Below, piece after piece: positions 1 through 11,628 of a DNA stretch of 64,000 bases. Each line of letters starts with the position of its first letter. The stretch's first letter is position 1. The position numbers and the translations under genes were made by a program. Below the pieces are notes generated by a model. It worked only from the letters and a program-made list of their open reading frames with translations, was not told the origin of the DNA and did not search any database. The DNA is from Candidatus Krumholzibacteriota bacterium (GTDB taxonomy: Bacteria; Krumholzibacteriota; Krumholzibacteriia; JAJRXK01). Location: contig CAVXTH010000001.1 of NCBI GenBank assembly GCA_963764625.1, forward strand, positions 32,001 to 96,000. Reading direction: 5' to 3'.

Positions 1-59
1 AGCAGCAGCCACAGCGAAGCCAGAGCTGCGAGCCTGGCGGTGTGTCCGGTGAAACCCAT
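1..59 (-). CDS. 5' end of a gene running off the window (signal-peptide-like N-terminus)
   Basis: ATG at 59 preceded by GGAGGA; reads MGFTGHTARLAALASLWLL. Confidence 0.5.
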   Translation of the reverse strand, partial: MGFTGHTARLAALASLWLL

Positions 60-285
60 GCCGATCCTCCCGACGCTGAAGTCCTGATTCTAGCAGGCTA
101 AAGCTAAGCAAAGCCCCGCGGCGAGCCAAGTCTCGCAGCTCCACCCAACGCGCGGGGACTTTTCTTGTGACCCGGGTCGGCTTGGATCGCGGCTTGCGAG
201 AGTTCCCCGAGCCCTCTATCGTGCGCCGCAACGGACTCCAACCCGCCGGCACCCCCCGCCGGCATCGGCATCTCGAGGCGGTTCC

Positions 286-516
286 ATGGCCGATCCCACC
301 GACAAGGTCGCGACCAACGTATCTGGTCCCTTCTACGTCGACTCCCAGTGCATCGACTGTGATCTGTGCCGCCAAACGGCCCCGGCAAATTTCGAGCGCA
401 ACGAGGACGAGGGCTATAGTTATGTCTATAAACAGCCCGAGACCCGCGAGGAACTCGAACAGTGTCAGGAAGCTCTCGAGGAGTGCCCGGTCGAGGCCAT
501 CGGAAAAGATGGTTGA
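286..516 (+). CDS. single-cluster ferredoxin
   Basis: CIDCDLC...CPVEAI Fe-S motif, 76 aa. Confidence 0.9.
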   Translation: MADPTDKVATNVSGPFYVDSQCIDCDLCRQTAPANFERNEDEGYSYVYKQPETREELEQCQEALEECPVEAIGKDG

Positions 517-582
517 AGCGGCCGCGACTCGTGAAACCTCGTGGAGCCCGATTCGAAACCAGCTGAGGCCGGCGGAGAAACC

Positions 583-1161
583 ATGAAACAGCTCTTGAAC
601 GTCGCGCGCATGGGCAACCCGATTCTGCGCCGCAAGGCCCAGGACGTCGCACCGGCCCGGATCCGAAAGCGCGAATTCCAGGACTTCCTGGACAGCATGA
701 TTCTGACCATGCATGAGTACGAGGGGGTGGGTCTGGCCGCGCCGCAGGTGCACCAAAGCATGCGCGTGGTGGTCCTGCACGAAGAGGCGGGCATCACCGG
801 CAAGGCCGAGCTGCCGATCACCGTGCTCATCAACCCGCAGATCACGGCGCTGACCGAAGAGTGCTCCTCGATGTGGGAAGGCTGCCTCAGTGTGCCGGGT
901 CTGCGCGGGAAAGTGAGCCGCCCCAACCGAGTGCGGCTCGAAGCCCTCGACCGCGAGGGCAAGCGGATCGAGAGCGAGTTGGACGGCTTCGCCGCCATCG
1001 TCATTCAGCACGAGTGCGACCACCTCGATGGAGTGCTCTTCGTCGACCGCATCGAGAACCCCGACGAACTGGCCTTCGAGCGCGAATTCGAGCGTTACGT
1101 CCGACCCGAGCTGCTCGAAACGGAAGAAGCCGAAGAAGCCGAAGAAGAAGAGGCAGGCTAG
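583..1161 (+). CDS. def: peptide deformylase
   Basis: GVGLAAPQ, EGCLS and QHECDHL motifs; ATG 583 after GGAG. Confidence 0.95.
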   Translation: MKQLLNVARMGNPILRRKAQDVAPARIRKREFQDFLDSMILTMHEYEGVGLAAPQVHQSMRVVVLHEEAGITGKAELPITVLINPQITALTEECSSMWEGCLSVPGLRGKVSRPNRVRLEALDREGKRIESELDGFAAIVIQHECDHLDGVLFVDRIENPDELAFEREFERYVRPELLETEEAEEAEEEEAG

Positions 1162-1166
1162 TCCGC

Positions 1167-1640
1167 GTGGGCTCCACCCTGCCGCGCCGTCCCACGCGCC
1201 CCGACCACGAACGGCGCAAGCAGAAGGCCATCACCTTGGCGGTGGGACAGTACAACCACGGTCTCTACTTCGAATGTCACGAGACCCTGGAGGAGATCTG
1301 GCTGGAGGAAGCGGGCGAGGACCGGAACTTCCTCCAGGGGATCATCCAGGCCGCGGCCGCCCTGCACAATCTGCAACGGGGACGTTGCCAGGGTCCGGCG
1401 CGCCTCCTTCAGGCGGCGCGCACGAAGCTTTTACCCTACGGTCCGACCCACCTGGGCGTGAATTTGCGCGCGCTGTGCGCCGAACTCGAGAAACTCCATC
1501 GGCAGGCAGTGGCCCGCGACGCGAGCGGCGAGGCGTCAGAGGACCATGAGACCGCCGAAGCGACGGCCAAAGGGACTCCTTGGATTCCGAGTCCCACCCC
1601 GCGCATCCCCTATCGGGAACCGCCGTTCGAGTACAAGTAG
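1167..1640 (+). CDS. DUF309 family protein
   Basis: YFECHETLEEIW...FLQGIIQAAAALH signature; start estimated (GTG). Confidence 0.8.
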   Translation: MGSTLPRRPTRPDHERRKQKAITLAVGQYNHGLYFECHETLEEIWLEEAGEDRNFLQGIIQAAAALHNLQRGRCQGPARLLQAARTKLLPYGPTHLGVNLRALCAELEKLHRQAVARDASGEASEDHETAEATAKGTPWIPSPTPRIPYREPPFEYK

Positions 1641-1684
1641 CCCGTCTTGCCCGCATTCTCTGGGCCCTCTATACTGAGCTCACC

Positions 1685-2842
1685 ATGGCACGCAAACTCA
1701 GAGACCTCCCGCGCGACCGTCCCGCCAAGACGCTCCGGACCGGAATTCCGCTGGAATCCATCGCGGCCAAAGTGGAAGCCGGTCAGAGACTGTCCTTCGA
1801 GGACGGGGTGGCGCTGTTTGAGAGCGCGGACCTGCTCGAGGTGGGCCGCCTGGCCGACATGGCCAACCGGCGCCGCAACGGACGGCGGGTCTACTACAAC
1901 GTCAACCGCCATCTGAATCCCACTAACGTCTGCTTCGTCGGTTGCGAGCTGTGCGCGTACCAGGACATTCCCAACGCGCCGGGCACCTGGGCCTACAGCC
2001 CGCAGGAGTGCGTGGAGCTGGCGCGCAAGGACTACACCCCCGAGGTCACCGAATTCCACATCGTGGGCGGACTGCATCCCAAGTGGAAGTTCCCCCACTA
2101 CCTGGAGATCCTGCGCGCGCTCAAGGAAGCCTTCCCGCAGGTCCATCTGAAAGCCTTCACCATGGTGGAGATCGACTGGCTGGCACGCCTGGCGGAGAAG
2201 AGCGTGCCGGAGACTCTGCAGGTTCTGCGTGAGGCCGGTCTGGGCTCGTGTCCGGGGGGCGGAGCGGAGATCTTCGCGCCGCGCGCGCGTGACATCATCG
2301 CCCAGCGCAAGATGACCGGGGAACGCTGGCTGCAGGTGGCCAAGATGGTGCACGAGGCCGGTCTGCGATCCAACGCCACCATCCTGTACGGCTGCGTGGA
2401 AACTCACGAAGAGCGCGTCGACCACCTGATCCAACTGCGCGAGCTGCAGGACGAAACCGGCGGCTTCCAGTGTTTCATTCCCCTGGCCTTCCATCCCGAG
2501 AACACGCCCTTCGAGGGACACATGGCCGCCACCGACGGCTTCGACGACTTGAAGATGATCGCGGTGAGCCGTCTGATGCTCGACAACTTCGATCACATCA
2601 AGGCCTACTGGGTGATGCTGACCCAGAAGATTGCGCAGGTCGCGCTTCTCTTCGGCGCCAACGATCTGGACGGCACCATCATCGACGAACGCATCACCCA
2701 GGCCGCCGGCGGGGTAGCCGGCAAGGGCATGACGCGGCCGCAGATCGAGGACTTCATTCGCGAGGCGGGGCGCATTCCAGTGCAGCGCGATACCCTGTAC
2801 CACCCCCTCAGTGTGGCCATCGAGACCGAGAGCGCGGTATGA
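1685..2842 (+). CDS. mqnE: aminofutalosine synthase (CofH/MqnE radical SAM)
   Basis: NPTNVCFVGCELC, EFHIVGGLHP, PGGGAEIF, HIKAYWVM motifs. Confidence 0.85.
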   Translation: MARKLRDLPRDRPAKTLRTGIPLESIAAKVEAGQRLSFEDGVALFESADLLEVGRLADMANRRRNGRRVYYNVNRHLNPTNVCFVGCELCAYQDIPNAPGTWAYSPQECVELARKDYTPEVTEFHIVGGLHPKWKFPHYLEILRALKEAFPQVHLKAFTMVEIDWLARLAEKSVPETLQVLREAGLGSCPGGGAEIFAPRARDIIAQRKMTGERWLQVAKMVHEAGLRSNATILYGCVETHEERVDHLIQLRELQDETGGFQCFIPLAFHPENTPFEGHMAATDGFDDLKMIAVSRLMLDNFDHIKAYWVMLTQKIAQVALLFGANDLDGTIIDERITQAAGGVAGKGMTRPQIEDFIREAGRIPVQRDTLYHPLSVAIETESAV

Positions 2843-4308
2843 GACCCTCCGACGAACGGCCGCACGCGCGGTGGAGCTGGCTGTGGGCGCTTCTTCTCCC
2901 CGCGTGGCTCACCGCCTGCGCGGTGAATCCGGTGACCGGCAAGCAGCAGATCTCGCTCATGAGCGAGTCGCAACGGGAATCGCTGGGGGAGAGCAGCGAC
3001 CAGCAGATCGTGGTCCAGTACGGCCTGGTGGCCAATCCCCAGCTCGCGGCCTACATCGACAGCGTCGGCCAGACCCTCATTCCGGTCAGTCACGTCCCCC
3101 AGGAGAAGTTCCAGTTTCGTCTTCTGGACGACGCGGTGGTGAACGCCTTCGCGGTGCCCGGAGGCTACGTCTACGTCACCCGCGGCATCCTGGCCTATCT
3201 CAACGACCAGGCCGCCCTGGCCGGGGTGATGGGACACGAAGTGGGGCACGTGGCAGCGCGCCACAGCGCGCAGCAATACACCAAGCAAGTCCTGCTCGGA
3301 GCGGGTCTGCAGTTGGGTGCCGCCCTGAACTCCACCCTGGCGCGCTATGCACAGCTCGGCGGCGCCGCCGCGCAACTCCTCATGCTCAAATACAGCCGCG
3401 ACGACGAACGCGAGGCCGATCGTTTGGGCGTGGAGTATGCCAGCAAGCTGGGCTACGACACCCAGGAGATGGCCAAGTTTTTCCGCACCCTCGACGCCCT
3501 CTTCGGGGGAAGCGGCGGACTGCCCAACTGGACCAGCACGCACCCCGATCCGGGCGAACGCTACCAGACGGTGAGCGCCTTGACCCAACAGTGGCAGGGC
3601 AAGCTACCGGGGCCCTTCGTCCAGGACCGCGACCAATATCTCGAGCACCTCGAGGGTCTCATCTTCGGAGCGAACCCGCGCCAGGGGGTGGTGAAGGGCA
3701 ACGAGTTCGTCCACCCCGACCTGCGCTTCCGCTTCCCGGTGCCCGCGGGCTGGCAGTTGGCCAACTCCGCCAGCCAGGTGCAGATGGCCCCGCCCGAAGG
3801 GGACGCGGTGGTGATCTTCACAGCCGGCGCCGCTCAGGATCCCGCGAGCGCGGGCCAGAGCTTCGCCCAGCAGGCCGGCGTCACCGTCAGCTCCAGCCGT
3901 CGGCTGACCATCGGCGGATGGCCCGCCTTCCAGCAGCTGGGCACCCTGACCCCGAGCAGCGAGCAAGACACCCCCACGAGCCTGGTCTCCACTTTCATCA
4001 ACCGCTCGGATCAGCTCTTCGTGTTCCACGGCTTGAGCGCCACCACTGATTTCGAACGTTTTCGCTCTACTTTCGAAAACGTCGCCCAGGGCTTCGCGCC
4101 GCTCTCCGATCCGGCCCTCTTGAATCTGCAGCCGATCACCCTGCACCTCATTCGCACCCCCAGATTGGCTCCCTTTTCCCAGCAAGTGGCGGCCTGGCCC
4201 GTCCCCGAGGGGGCCGAACTGGGCAGCGGGGGGCTGGCTCTTTTGAACGGGCAGGAGCCCGGCGATCTCATCCCCGCGGGCACGCTTCTAAAGGTCCTGC
4301 GCCCTTAG
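2839..4308 (+). CDS. M48 family zinc metalloprotease lipoprotein
   Basis: lipobox [31 protein letters not shown]; ATGA overlap with mqnE. Confidence 0.88.
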   Translation: MRPSDERPHARWSWLWALLLPAWLTACAVNPVTGKQQISLMSESQRESLGESSDQQIVVQYGLVANPQLAAYIDSVGQTLIPVSHVPQEKFQFRLLDDAVVNAFAVPGGYVYVTRGILAYLNDQAALAGVMGHEVGHVAARHSAQQYTKQVLLGAGLQLGAALNSTLARYAQLGGAAAQLLMLKYSRDDEREADRLGVEYASKLGYDTQEMAKFFRTLDALFGGSGGLPNWTSTHPDPGERYQTVSALTQQWQGKLPGPFVQDRDQYLEHLEGLIFGANPRQGVVKGNEFVHPDLRFRFPVPAGWQLANSASQVQMAPPEGDAVVIFTAGAAQDPASAGQSFAQQAGVTVSSSRRLTIGGWPAFQQLGTLTPSSEQDTPTSLVSTFINRSDQLFVFHGLSATTDFERFRSTFENVAQGFAPLSDPALLNLQPITLHLIRTPRLAPFSQQVAAWPVPEGAELGSGGLALLNGQEPGDLIPAGTLLKVLRP

Positions 4309-4385
4309 AAACTTGCCAAGCCCTCAAATCGGCCTATCTTGCGCCGGCTTTTCGGCAGAATTCCAGGTCCAGTAGGAGGACGGCA

Positions 4386-6488
4386 GTGTCCACCGCGATT
4401 TCTGATCTCTCGAAGGTCCGCAACATCGGGATCTCCGCACACATCGACTCGGGTAAGACCACGCTCACCGAGAGAATCCTTTTCTATACCCAGCGCATCC
4501 ATGCCATCCACGAGGTTCGGGGCAAGGACGGCGTCGGCGCCACCATGGACTCCATGGATCTCGAGCGCGAACGGGGGATCACCATCGCCTCCGCCGCCAC
4601 CTATTGCAGATGGAAGAACCACCACATCAACATCATCGACACCCCCGGGCACGTCGACTTCACCATCGAGGTCGAGCGATCCCTGCGCGTGCTCGACGGC
4701 GCGGTGCTGGTGTTGTGTTCGGTGGCTGGCGTCCAGAGTCAGTCGATCACGGTCGACCGGCAGATGCGCCGTTACAACGTCCCGCGCCTGGCCTTCATCA
4801 ACAAGTGCGACCGCTCCGGTGCCAACCCCATGCGGGTGACCGAGCAGTTGCGCGAGAAGCTCAAGCACAACGCAGTCATGATGCAGATTCCCATCGGGTT
4901 GGAGGCGAAGCACGAGGGCGTGGTCGACCTGGTGAAGATGAAGGCGATCTACTTCGACGGCGAGAGCGGGGAGACCCTGCGCGAAGAGGAAATCCCCGCT
5001 GGCCTCTTGCCCGAGGCCCAGGCGCGCCGCGAGCTGATGCTCGACGCGGTGTCGATGTTCTCCGACGAACTCATGGAAGCGATGCTCGAGGAGAGAGTCA
5101 CCGAGGAACTCATCCACCATGCCGTCCGCCGCGCCACCATCGCGCGCGAACTGACTCCGGTGTTCATGGGCAGCGCCTACAAGAACCAGGGAGTGCAGCT
5201 TCTGCTCGACGCAGTGAATCTCTACTTGCCCGATCCTACCGAGGTGCAGAACGAAGCGGTGCGGATCGAGAAGGGAGAAGAGGTCACCTTTCCGGTGGTC
5301 GTCTCGCCCGACAAGCCCTTCCTCGCCCTGGCCTTCAAGCTGGAAGTGAGCCCCTACGGTCAGCTCACCTACCTGCGGGTGTACCAGGGAACCCTGCGCA
5401 AGGGCGACAGCATCGCGAACACCCGCAGCGGCAACAAGGTCAAGGTCGGACGTCTGGCCCGCATGCACGCCGACCAGATGGAGGACATCGAATCGACCCA
5501 GGCCGGGGACATCGTGGCCCTGTTCGGAGTCGATTGCGCCAGCGGCGACACCTTCACCGACGGAAGCTTCGAGGCCTCGATGAGCTCGATGCACGTGCCC
5601 GAGCCGGTGATCAAGCTCGCAATCACTCCCAAGGACAACGGCGCCCAGCAGAATCTGGCCAAGGCCCTCGCGCGTTTCACCAAGGAAGACCCGACTTTCC
5701 GCGCCGGTACCGACGAGGAAACGGGAGACACCATCATCGCCGGCATGGGCGAGCTCCACCTGGAGGTCTACGTCGAACGCATGAAGCGCGAGTTCAAGGC
5801 CGAGGTCATAACCGGCAAGCCCCAGGTCGCGTTCCGCGAGACGATCACCCAAGCGGTGGATTTCGACTACGTGCACAAGAAGCAGACCGGCGGCAGCGGG
5901 CAGTACGGCCGGGTGGTGGGAACGCTCGCACCGCGGGAGGAGGAAGGCGAGTTCCTCTTCGAGAATCACGTGGTTGGCGGCCGCATTCCCAGCGAGTACA
6001 TCAACGCGGTCGAAAAGGGATTCCGCGCCTCTTTGGATCGAGGCGAATTCATCGGTTTCCCGGTGGTGGGCATCAGAGTCGACCTGAAGGACGGCGCCTA
6101 CCACGCGGTCGACAGTAGCGACACCGCGTTCCAGGCCGCGGCCAGGGGCGCGTTCCGCGAGAACTATCTCAAGGCCAAGCCGGTCGCGCTGGAGCCCATC
6201 ATGCTGGTCTCGGTCGAAGGACCCACCGAATTCCAGGGGGAGATCCTGGCCACCGTGATGCAGCGCCGCGGCATGATCGTCGGCACCACCGAGGACGCGG
6301 GCTTCGTGCGCATCGACGCCGAGGTGCCCTTGAGCGAAATGTTCGGTTATGCGACGATTCTTCGCAGCGGCACCCAGGGCAAGGCCGAATTCAGCATGGA
6401 ATTCAAACGCTACGGCAAGGCGCCGCAGGAAGTGGCCGAGGAGCTCAGGGCTCAGTGGCTGGAGAAGCGCGCCTCCGGAAAAAGCTAA
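4386..6488 (+). CDS. fusA: elongation factor G (outside the str operon; mtEFG1/spirochete-delta-like type by inference)
   Basis: [31 protein letters not shown]. Confidence 0.95.
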   Translation: MSTAISDLSKVRNIGISAHIDSGKTTLTERILFYTQRIHAIHEVRGKDGVGATMDSMDLERERGITIASAATYCRWKNHHINIIDTPGHVDFTIEVERSLRVLDGAVLVLCSVAGVQSQSITVDRQMRRYNVPRLAFINKCDRSGANPMRVTEQLREKLKHNAVMMQIPIGLEAKHEGVVDLVKMKAIYFDGESGETLREEEIPAGLLPEAQARRELMLDAVSMFSDELMEAMLEERVTEELIHHAVRRATIARELTPVFMGSAYKNQGVQLLLDAVNLYLPDPTEVQNEAVRIEKGEEVTFPVVVSPDKPFLALAFKLEVSPYGQLTYLRVYQGTLRKGDSIANTRSGNKVKVGRLARMHADQMEDIESTQAGDIVALFGVDCASGDTFTDGSFEASMSSMHVPEPVIKLAITPKDNGAQQNLAKALARFTKEDPTFRAGTDEETGDTIIAGMGELHLEVYVERMKREFKAEVITGKPQVAFRETITQAVDFDYVHKKQTGGSGQYGRVVGTLAPREEEGEFLFENHVVGGRIPSEYINAVEKGFRASLDRGEFIGFPVVGIRVDLKDGAYHAVDSSDTAFQAAARGAFRENYLKAKPVALEPIMLVSVEGPTEFQGEILATVMQRRGMIVGTTEDAGFVRIDAEVPLSEMFGYATILRSGTQGKAEFSMEFKRYGKAPQEVAEELRAQWLEKRASGKS

Positions 6489-6505
6489 TCAACAGGAGTC
6501 TTCGC

Positions 6506-7225
6506 ATGATCTACCGCAAGGATATCAACGAACGAAGTCCCTTGAGGGTTTTCGAGCGCTCCATCCATGGCGGACTGGGCCAGGGAAACATCGGCCTGGT
6601 CATGAGTCGCGCCGGCCTGGGGAAAACCGCTTTTCTGGTGGACGTGGCGTTGGACGCCTGCATGCGCGATGACAAAGTACTCCACGTCGACACCGAGCAC
6701 ACGGCGCAGAGGGTCCGCGAATACTACGAGGAAGTGTTCCGCGATCTGGCGCAGGGGACGGGACTCGAGGACCGCGAGAACGTGCACCTTCAGGTCGAGC
6801 GCAACCGTATGATCCACAGCTTCCTGCACGGCTCCTTCAGTCTGGAACGGGTCCAGCAGGCGATGATCTACATGAAGGAGCACATCGACTTCGTTCCCTC
6901 GTGCATCATCCTGGACGGCTTCCCCGCCTGGGAGCAGCTGGGTCCCCAGGAGCTCACCGAGAGTCTCCAGGCGGTCAAGAAAATGGCGGTGGAGGCGGAG
7001 ACCGAGATCTGGATCTCAGCCCAGGGTCACCGCGAGGACGAGCGCGATGAGCTGGGCGTGCCGCTGCGCCTGCATCCCTATCTGGAATACCTCTCGGTCG
7101 TAGTGCGTCTGGTGTCCAAGGGAAACCAGGTCCGCCTGCAACTGGTCAAGGACCACGAGAATCCCGACCTGGCCGACCTGCACATCGAACTCGACCCCAA
7201 GACGCTCTTGCTCAAGTGGCGCTAG
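6506..7225 (+). CDS. RecA/KaiC/DnaB-like P-loop ATPase of unknown function
   Basis: GGLGQGNIGLVMSRAGLGKT Walker A, IILDG Walker B; AGGAG RBS. Confidence 0.7.
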   Translation: MIYRKDINERSPLRVFERSIHGGLGQGNIGLVMSRAGLGKTAFLVDVALDACMRDDKVLHVDTEHTAQRVREYYEEVFRDLAQGTGLEDRENVHLQVERNRMIHSFLHGSFSLERVQQAMIYMKEHIDFVPSCIILDGFPAWEQLGPQELTESLQAVKKMAVEAETEIWISAQGHREDERDELGVPLRLHPYLEYLSVVVRLVSKGNQVRLQLVKDHENPDLADLHIELDPKTLLLKWR

Positions 7226-8066
7226 GCACCGAAATGGGCTGCTTCTTCTTGTCCGCCGTTTCGAGCGAGCCGTAGGGAACCGACGGTCCGCTACCATCGG
7301 GCGGAAGTTCCGTCATGTTCACCGCACGCGTGATCTCGCTTTCGACCGGTTTGAAACGGCCGCTCTCGCCCGGAGAAAGACGCAGCGCACCCGAGCTGCG
7401 TGGTAGATCGATCACCAGACGACGCAGCTCGATCGCGACGTCGGTGAAGACGCGCAGGGCGTCTCCCCCCAGTGGCCGGTGGGTATGGATCGCGATCTTC
7501 TGGTCGTCGACCTGCAGGTGAATGGACATCGGTTCGACCACTTCGCGCGCCTGCGACATCAGCAAGTACAACGCCTGCGACATCAACACCGAGCGCTCGT
7601 CCACGCGGGCCGCCTCGCATTCCCATTCCATGCGCAGGGCGAACGGGGGTGGAGTCGTGTGGCGCAAGCGGCGCAGCAGAGCGCGCCACGGGCTCATCGC
7701 CTTACGGACGGGAGAGATTCTCAGCCCGTTCAGGGTGAGGAGTTTGTTTTCGAAGAGAAAGGACTGCTGGACCTCGCCCTGCATGCGCCGGCGGCAGAGG
7801 TACCAGGTGCCCAGACCGTCGGTGCCGCGCAACACGTCCGAGAGTCCCGCGTCGCGGCCCGTCCCACCCAGACCCGTCGCCAGGTCCAGAAGTGAAGGGG
7901 GAAGGCGCTGAGTCTGGGCGCTGAGCCCACGGCTCTCGGCCAGGGCGTACAAATCGTAGCGCTCCTGCTCGCGGCGGCGACGGCGGTGCAGAGCGATGAC
8001 ACTCCGAAAAAGGACCAGGAACGCCATGGTCAGAGCGCCGAGTCCGATCGCGGGGAGGTTGTTCAT
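7212..8066 (-). CDS. hypothetical membrane-anchored protein
   Basis: N-terminal hydrophobic helix followed by RRRRR; no recognisable domain. Confidence 0.6.
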   Translation of the reverse strand: MNNLPAIGLGALTMAFLVLFRSVIALHRRRRREQERYDLYALAESRGLSAQTQRLPPSLLDLATGLGGTGRDAGLSDVLRGTDGLGTWYLCRRRMQGEVQQSFLFENKLLTLNGLRISPVRKAMSPWRALLRRLRHTTPPPFALRMEWECEAARVDERSVLMSQALYLLMSQAREVVEPMSIHLQVDDQKIAIHTHRPLGGDALRVFTDVAIELRRLVIDLPRSSGALRLSPGESGRFKPVESEITRAVNMTELPPDGSGPSVPYGSLETADKKKQPISVPSAT

Positions 8067-8287
8067 GATGTTCAAGACGGCTCCCGATGCGCGGCGGGGA
8101 GCACTCGGTGGTATCTCCAGTGAAGACGAATCTCTGCAGACTCCGTGCCGCCTGGGGGCGACCGGTTACCCACGAGGGGACCGGAGGGGAGCGCTCTCCC
8201 TCGTGACGGAGCATGGCGGCGCGCAGGGGCGCACAAGCGCAGATTAAAGCCCGGGGACGCGACCTCACGGCGCGCCTGAATCGAGGC

Positions 8288-8322
8288 AAAACGAGAGCCC
8301 TCCGCGGAGGCAGAGGGCTCTC
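8288..8322 (-). terminator. intrinsic terminator after tRNA-Glu
   Basis: CGAGAGCCCTC/GAGGGCTCTCG stem followed by a T4 run on the minus strand. Confidence 0.7.
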
Positions 8323-8326
8323 GAGC

Positions 8327-8402
8327 TGGCAGCCCCTAGGGGAATCGAACCCCTGTTACCTGGCTGAGAACCAGGCGTCCTAGGCCACTAGACGAAGGGG
8401 CC
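8327..8402 (-). tRNA. tRNA-Glu(CTC)
   Basis: GGCCCCTTCGTCTAGTGGCCTAGGACGCCTGGTT-CTC-AGCCAGG...GGTTCGATTCC...GCCA, 76 nt with CCA. Confidence 0.95.
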
Positions 8403-8566
8403 ACTGAGGCCATGGAGCGTGAAGTATACAAAATGGGGCGTGCGGCGCAAGGAGGGGCGCCCACTGGACACGGCAGAGCCACAAGACTAGTCTGTGGCCT
8501 CCCAGCGCGGGCGCCGCGGGGCGCTCCCGTGTCTCCTTCAGTCGTATTCGCGGAAGCCGTCCGATC

Positions 8567-10279
8567 ATGAACCCCCCTGCCAAACCCCCCAAAGACCCCG
8601 AGAATCCGCCGACAAACGAGGAAACCCGGGATTTCATCCGCGACATCATTCGCAGTGACCTGGCCACCGGCAAACACCAGGGCCGGGTGCACACGCGATT
8701 TCCCCCCGAGCCCAACGGCTACCTGCACATCGGGCACGCCAAGTCGGTCTGCCTCAACTTCGGGGTCGCGCGCGAATTCGGCGGACTGTGCAACCTCCGC
8801 TTCGACGACACGAATCCCACCAAGGAAGACCCAGAGTACGTGGCGGCCATCCAGAACGACGTGCGCTGGTTGGGCTTCGACTGGGACGACCGGCTCTACT
8901 ACGCCTCCAGCTACTTCCAGCGGATGTACGACTACGCGGTGGAGCTGGTGCAGAAGGGCAAGGCCTACGTCGACTCGCAGAGCGAAGAGGAGATCCGCAA
9001 AAACCGCGGCACGGTCAAGAGCCCCGGCACGCCCAGCCCCCACCGGGACCGCGGCATCGAGGAGAACCTCGATCTCTTCACCCGCATGAAGAACGGCGAG
9101 TTCGAAGATGGGACGCACGTGCTGCGGGCCAAGATCGACATGGCGGCGTCGAACATGAAGATGCGCGATCCTTTGATCTATCGCATCCGGCACGCGAGCC
9201 ACCACCAGACTGGCGACGAGTGGTGCATCTATCCTTTCTATGATTTCGCGCACTGTCTGGAAGACAGCATCGAGGGTATCACCCACTCGCTCTGCACTCT
9301 GGAGTTCGAGATCAATCGCGAACTCTACGACTGGTTTCTGAACGAGCTAAATGTGGAGTGCCACCCGCAGCAAATCGAGTTCGCGCGCCTGAACCTGAAC
9401 TACACCGTGATGAGCAAGCGCAAGCTGCTGCAACTCGTGCAAGAGAAGGTGGTCAAGGGCTGGGACGACCCGCGCATGCCCACTCTGGCCGGACTACGAC
9501 GCCGCGGGTACACCCCCGTCGCCATCCGTAACTTCGCCGAGCGCATCGGCGTGGCCAAGCGCGACAGCGTAGTGGACATCGCGCTCCTGGAGCACACGCT
9601 CCGCGAGGACCTCAACGCGCACTCTCCGCGAGTGATGGCGGTCCTCGATCCGCTCAAGGTCGTCATCGAGAACTATCCTGAGGCGCAAGTCGAGTGGATG
9701 GAGGCGATCAACAACCCCGAGGAAGAGGGCGCCGGCAGCCGCAAGATTCCCTTCTCGCGCGAGATCTACCTCGAGCGCGATGATTTCCTGGAAGATCCCC
9801 CTGCGAAGTTCTTCCGCCTGGCCCCCGGGCGCGAAGTGCGGCTCAAGCACGCCTACTTCATCACCTGCGATGAGGTGGTGAAGAACGAGGCCGGCGAAAT
9901 CGTGGAGCTACGCTGTCACTACGATCCTTCGAGCCGCGGCGGCGAGGCGCCCGACGGGCGGAAAGTGAAAGGAACCCTGCACTGGGTGAGCGCGGCGCAC
10001 GCACTTGAGGCCGAAGTGCGTCTCTACGACAAGCTTTTCACGGTGGAGGACCCGGCCGAGGCGAACGACATGCGCTCCGTGCTGAATCCCGATTCGCTGC
10101 AGATTCTGCTGGGATGCAGAGTGGAGCCCTCGCTCGCCGAAAGCACCGCCGGCACCGGCTACCAGTTCCTGCGCCACGGCTACTTCTGCGTCGATCCCGA
10201 CTCGAGCGCCAAGCAGCTGGTCTTCAACCGCACCGTGGGGTTGCGCGACACCTGGGCCAAGATCCAGAAGAACCGCTAG
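8567..10279 (+). CDS. glnS: glutaminyl-tRNA synthetase
   Basis: [37 protein letters not shown]. Confidence 0.96.
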   Translation: MNPPAKPPKDPENPPTNEETRDFIRDIIRSDLATGKHQGRVHTRFPPEPNGYLHIGHAKSVCLNFGVAREFGGLCNLRFDDTNPTKEDPEYVAAIQNDVRWLGFDWDDRLYYASSYFQRMYDYAVELVQKGKAYVDSQSEEEIRKNRGTVKSPGTPSPHRDRGIEENLDLFTRMKNGEFEDGTHVLRAKIDMAASNMKMRDPLIYRIRHASHHQTGDEWCIYPFYDFAHCLEDSIEGITHSLCTLEFEINRELYDWFLNELNVECHPQQIEFARLNLNYTVMSKRKLLQLVQEKVVKGWDDPRMPTLAGLRRRGYTPVAIRNFAERIGVAKRDSVVDIALLEHTLREDLNAHSPRVMAVLDPLKVVIENYPEAQVEWMEAINNPEEEGAGSRKIPFSREIYLERDDFLEDPPAKFFRLAPGREVRLKHAYFITCDEVVKNEAGEIVELRCHYDPSSRGGEAPDGRKVKGTLHWVSAAHALEAEVRLYDKLFTVEDPAEANDMRSVLNPDSLQILLGCRVEPSLAESTAGTGYQFLRHGYFCVDPDSSAKQLVFNRTVGLRDTWAKIQKNR

Positions 10280-10914
10280 CGCTGGTTGGCGGTAAGTCGC
10301 AGCGGCGCCGGGGCGGAGGTCTTCAGCTGGCGGTCGAGTTCACCCAATGCGGTGACCCGCCAGAATCCGGCACGGCCCCGCAGGACAAAGAGCTGCGCGG
10401 AATCCACCACCGCACTGGTGTCCCGACTCACCACCTCGAAGATCGGACGGGATTCGGCGTCGAAAACCTCGAGCCGATAGCGCTCGGCACCCTCGACACT
10501 CGTCCAACGAAAGCTCACTTCGGAGGTGGCCACCGCGCCGATTGGACTCAAGGCCAAGAACTCGGTCTCTGAACCGCGGAAGATCGGAGTCGGTTCGAGC
10601 GGAGTGTGCAGGGAGACGTGGGGCAGCAGCGCCACCAGCAGGATGGCCGCCGCCGCCAATGGAAGCATCACGCGAAGGGGGAGCCGGCTCGGTTTCTTCG
10701 CGGGCGGCCCGCCACTGCGCAGCGCGGCATCGAGTCCCTCAGCTTCGTAGAGCGCGCGCGCGAGCTGAGGTGAGCCAAGCACTTCCCGCTCGAAGCGGCG
10801 CTGCTCCTCCTCGTTCATCTCGCCGGCCCGGTACTGGAGCAGACGCTCGCCCTGTTCTTCGTCGAGCCCGACCGCTTCGTCCGAGCGACCCTGAGGCCCG
10901 TGGCTGTCCTTCAC
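10276..10914 (-). CDS. putative membrane anti-sigma factor
   Basis: [18 protein letters not shown] anti-sigma-like N-terminus, one TM helix, 'FRG' plus beta-rich C-domain; overlaps stop of ECF sigma. Confidence 0.7.
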   Translation of the reverse strand: MKDSHGPQGRSDEAVGLDEEQGERLLQYRAGEMNEEEQRRFEREVLGSPQLARALYEAEGLDAALRSGGPPAKKPSRLPLRVMLPLAAAAILLVALLPHVSLHTPLEPTPIFRGSETEFLALSPIGAVATSEVSFRWTSVEGAERYRLEVFDAESRPIFEVVSRDTSAVVDSAQLFVLRGRAGFWRVTALGELDRQLKTSAPAPLRLTANQR

Positions 10915-11450
10915 GCCCGTACCCCTCTCTCCTGAAGAAGGCGGCGGAATTTATGACGACAGCGGTAGAGGCGACGGTAGAGCACCGCCTCATCAAGTCC
11001 CGCGTCGCGCGCCAGGCGCCGGGGCTTTTCGCCCTCACCCAGGCGCCGCAAGAAACCCCAGCACTGCCGGTCGAGTTCTTCGAGCGCGGCCAGGGCCTCC
11101 GATACGAGTTCGCGCAATTCCTTTTGCTCGAGCGCCTCCGCCGGAGTTCCCTCCGCCCTGAGGCTCCCCGCCGGTTCGAGTTCGGTCTGGCCCTGCTCGC
11201 GCACGTGCCGCTGGTAGAAGTTGCCAATCGTGTTGCGCAGCACCTGAAAGCACCAGGCGATCGGAGGCAGTCCGTCGACCAATCGGGCCCCTTCGATTTG
11301 CCCCGCACGGCTCAGAACGGTGGCCATCGCCTCCTGGACCAGATCCTCCACTTCAGACGCGGGCACGCGACGGGCCGTCACCTCCAGGAAACGCTCCCGG
11401 AGCTCTCGGCTCCAGGTTTCGATGGCAGAGGTGTTCGAGACGCGGTCCAT
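10911..11450 (-). CDS. ECF sigma-70 factor
   Basis: EVEDLVQEA region 2, WCFQVLRN, region 4 HTH with RLYRCRHKFR. Confidence 0.85.
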   Translation of the reverse strand: MDRVSNTSAIETWSRELRERFLEVTARRVPASEVEDLVQEAMATVLSRAGQIEGARLVDGLPPIAWCFQVLRNTIGNFYQRHVREQGQTELEPAGSLRAEGTPAEALEQKELRELVSEALAALEELDRQCWGFLRRLGEGEKPRRLARDAGLDEAVLYRRLYRCRHKFRRLLQERGVRA

Positions 11451-11628
11451 CCTGGATTGTTTCCCTACGAGGAGAATCTCTCGCGGATTTCCGCGCGATG
11501 CTAGCAGAAGAGAGAAGAGCTCACCTAGCGGGCAATTGCGTTTCTTGTTCGCCCGTGCGCGGACGTGCTACACTGATTCTGGTCCCTTTCTCCCCCGAGC
11601 CGCCCGTGCCCCGCGCGCGAACGATGTT

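Noticed and set aside
1123-1152. GAAGAAGCC repeat at the end of def
   Set aside because: Simply encodes an acidic low-complexity tail.
8076-8287. GC-rich self-complementary intergenic stretch as an ncRNA
   Set aside because: Pairings are expected at this GC content; no recognisable SRP, 6S, tmRNA or riboswitch motifs.
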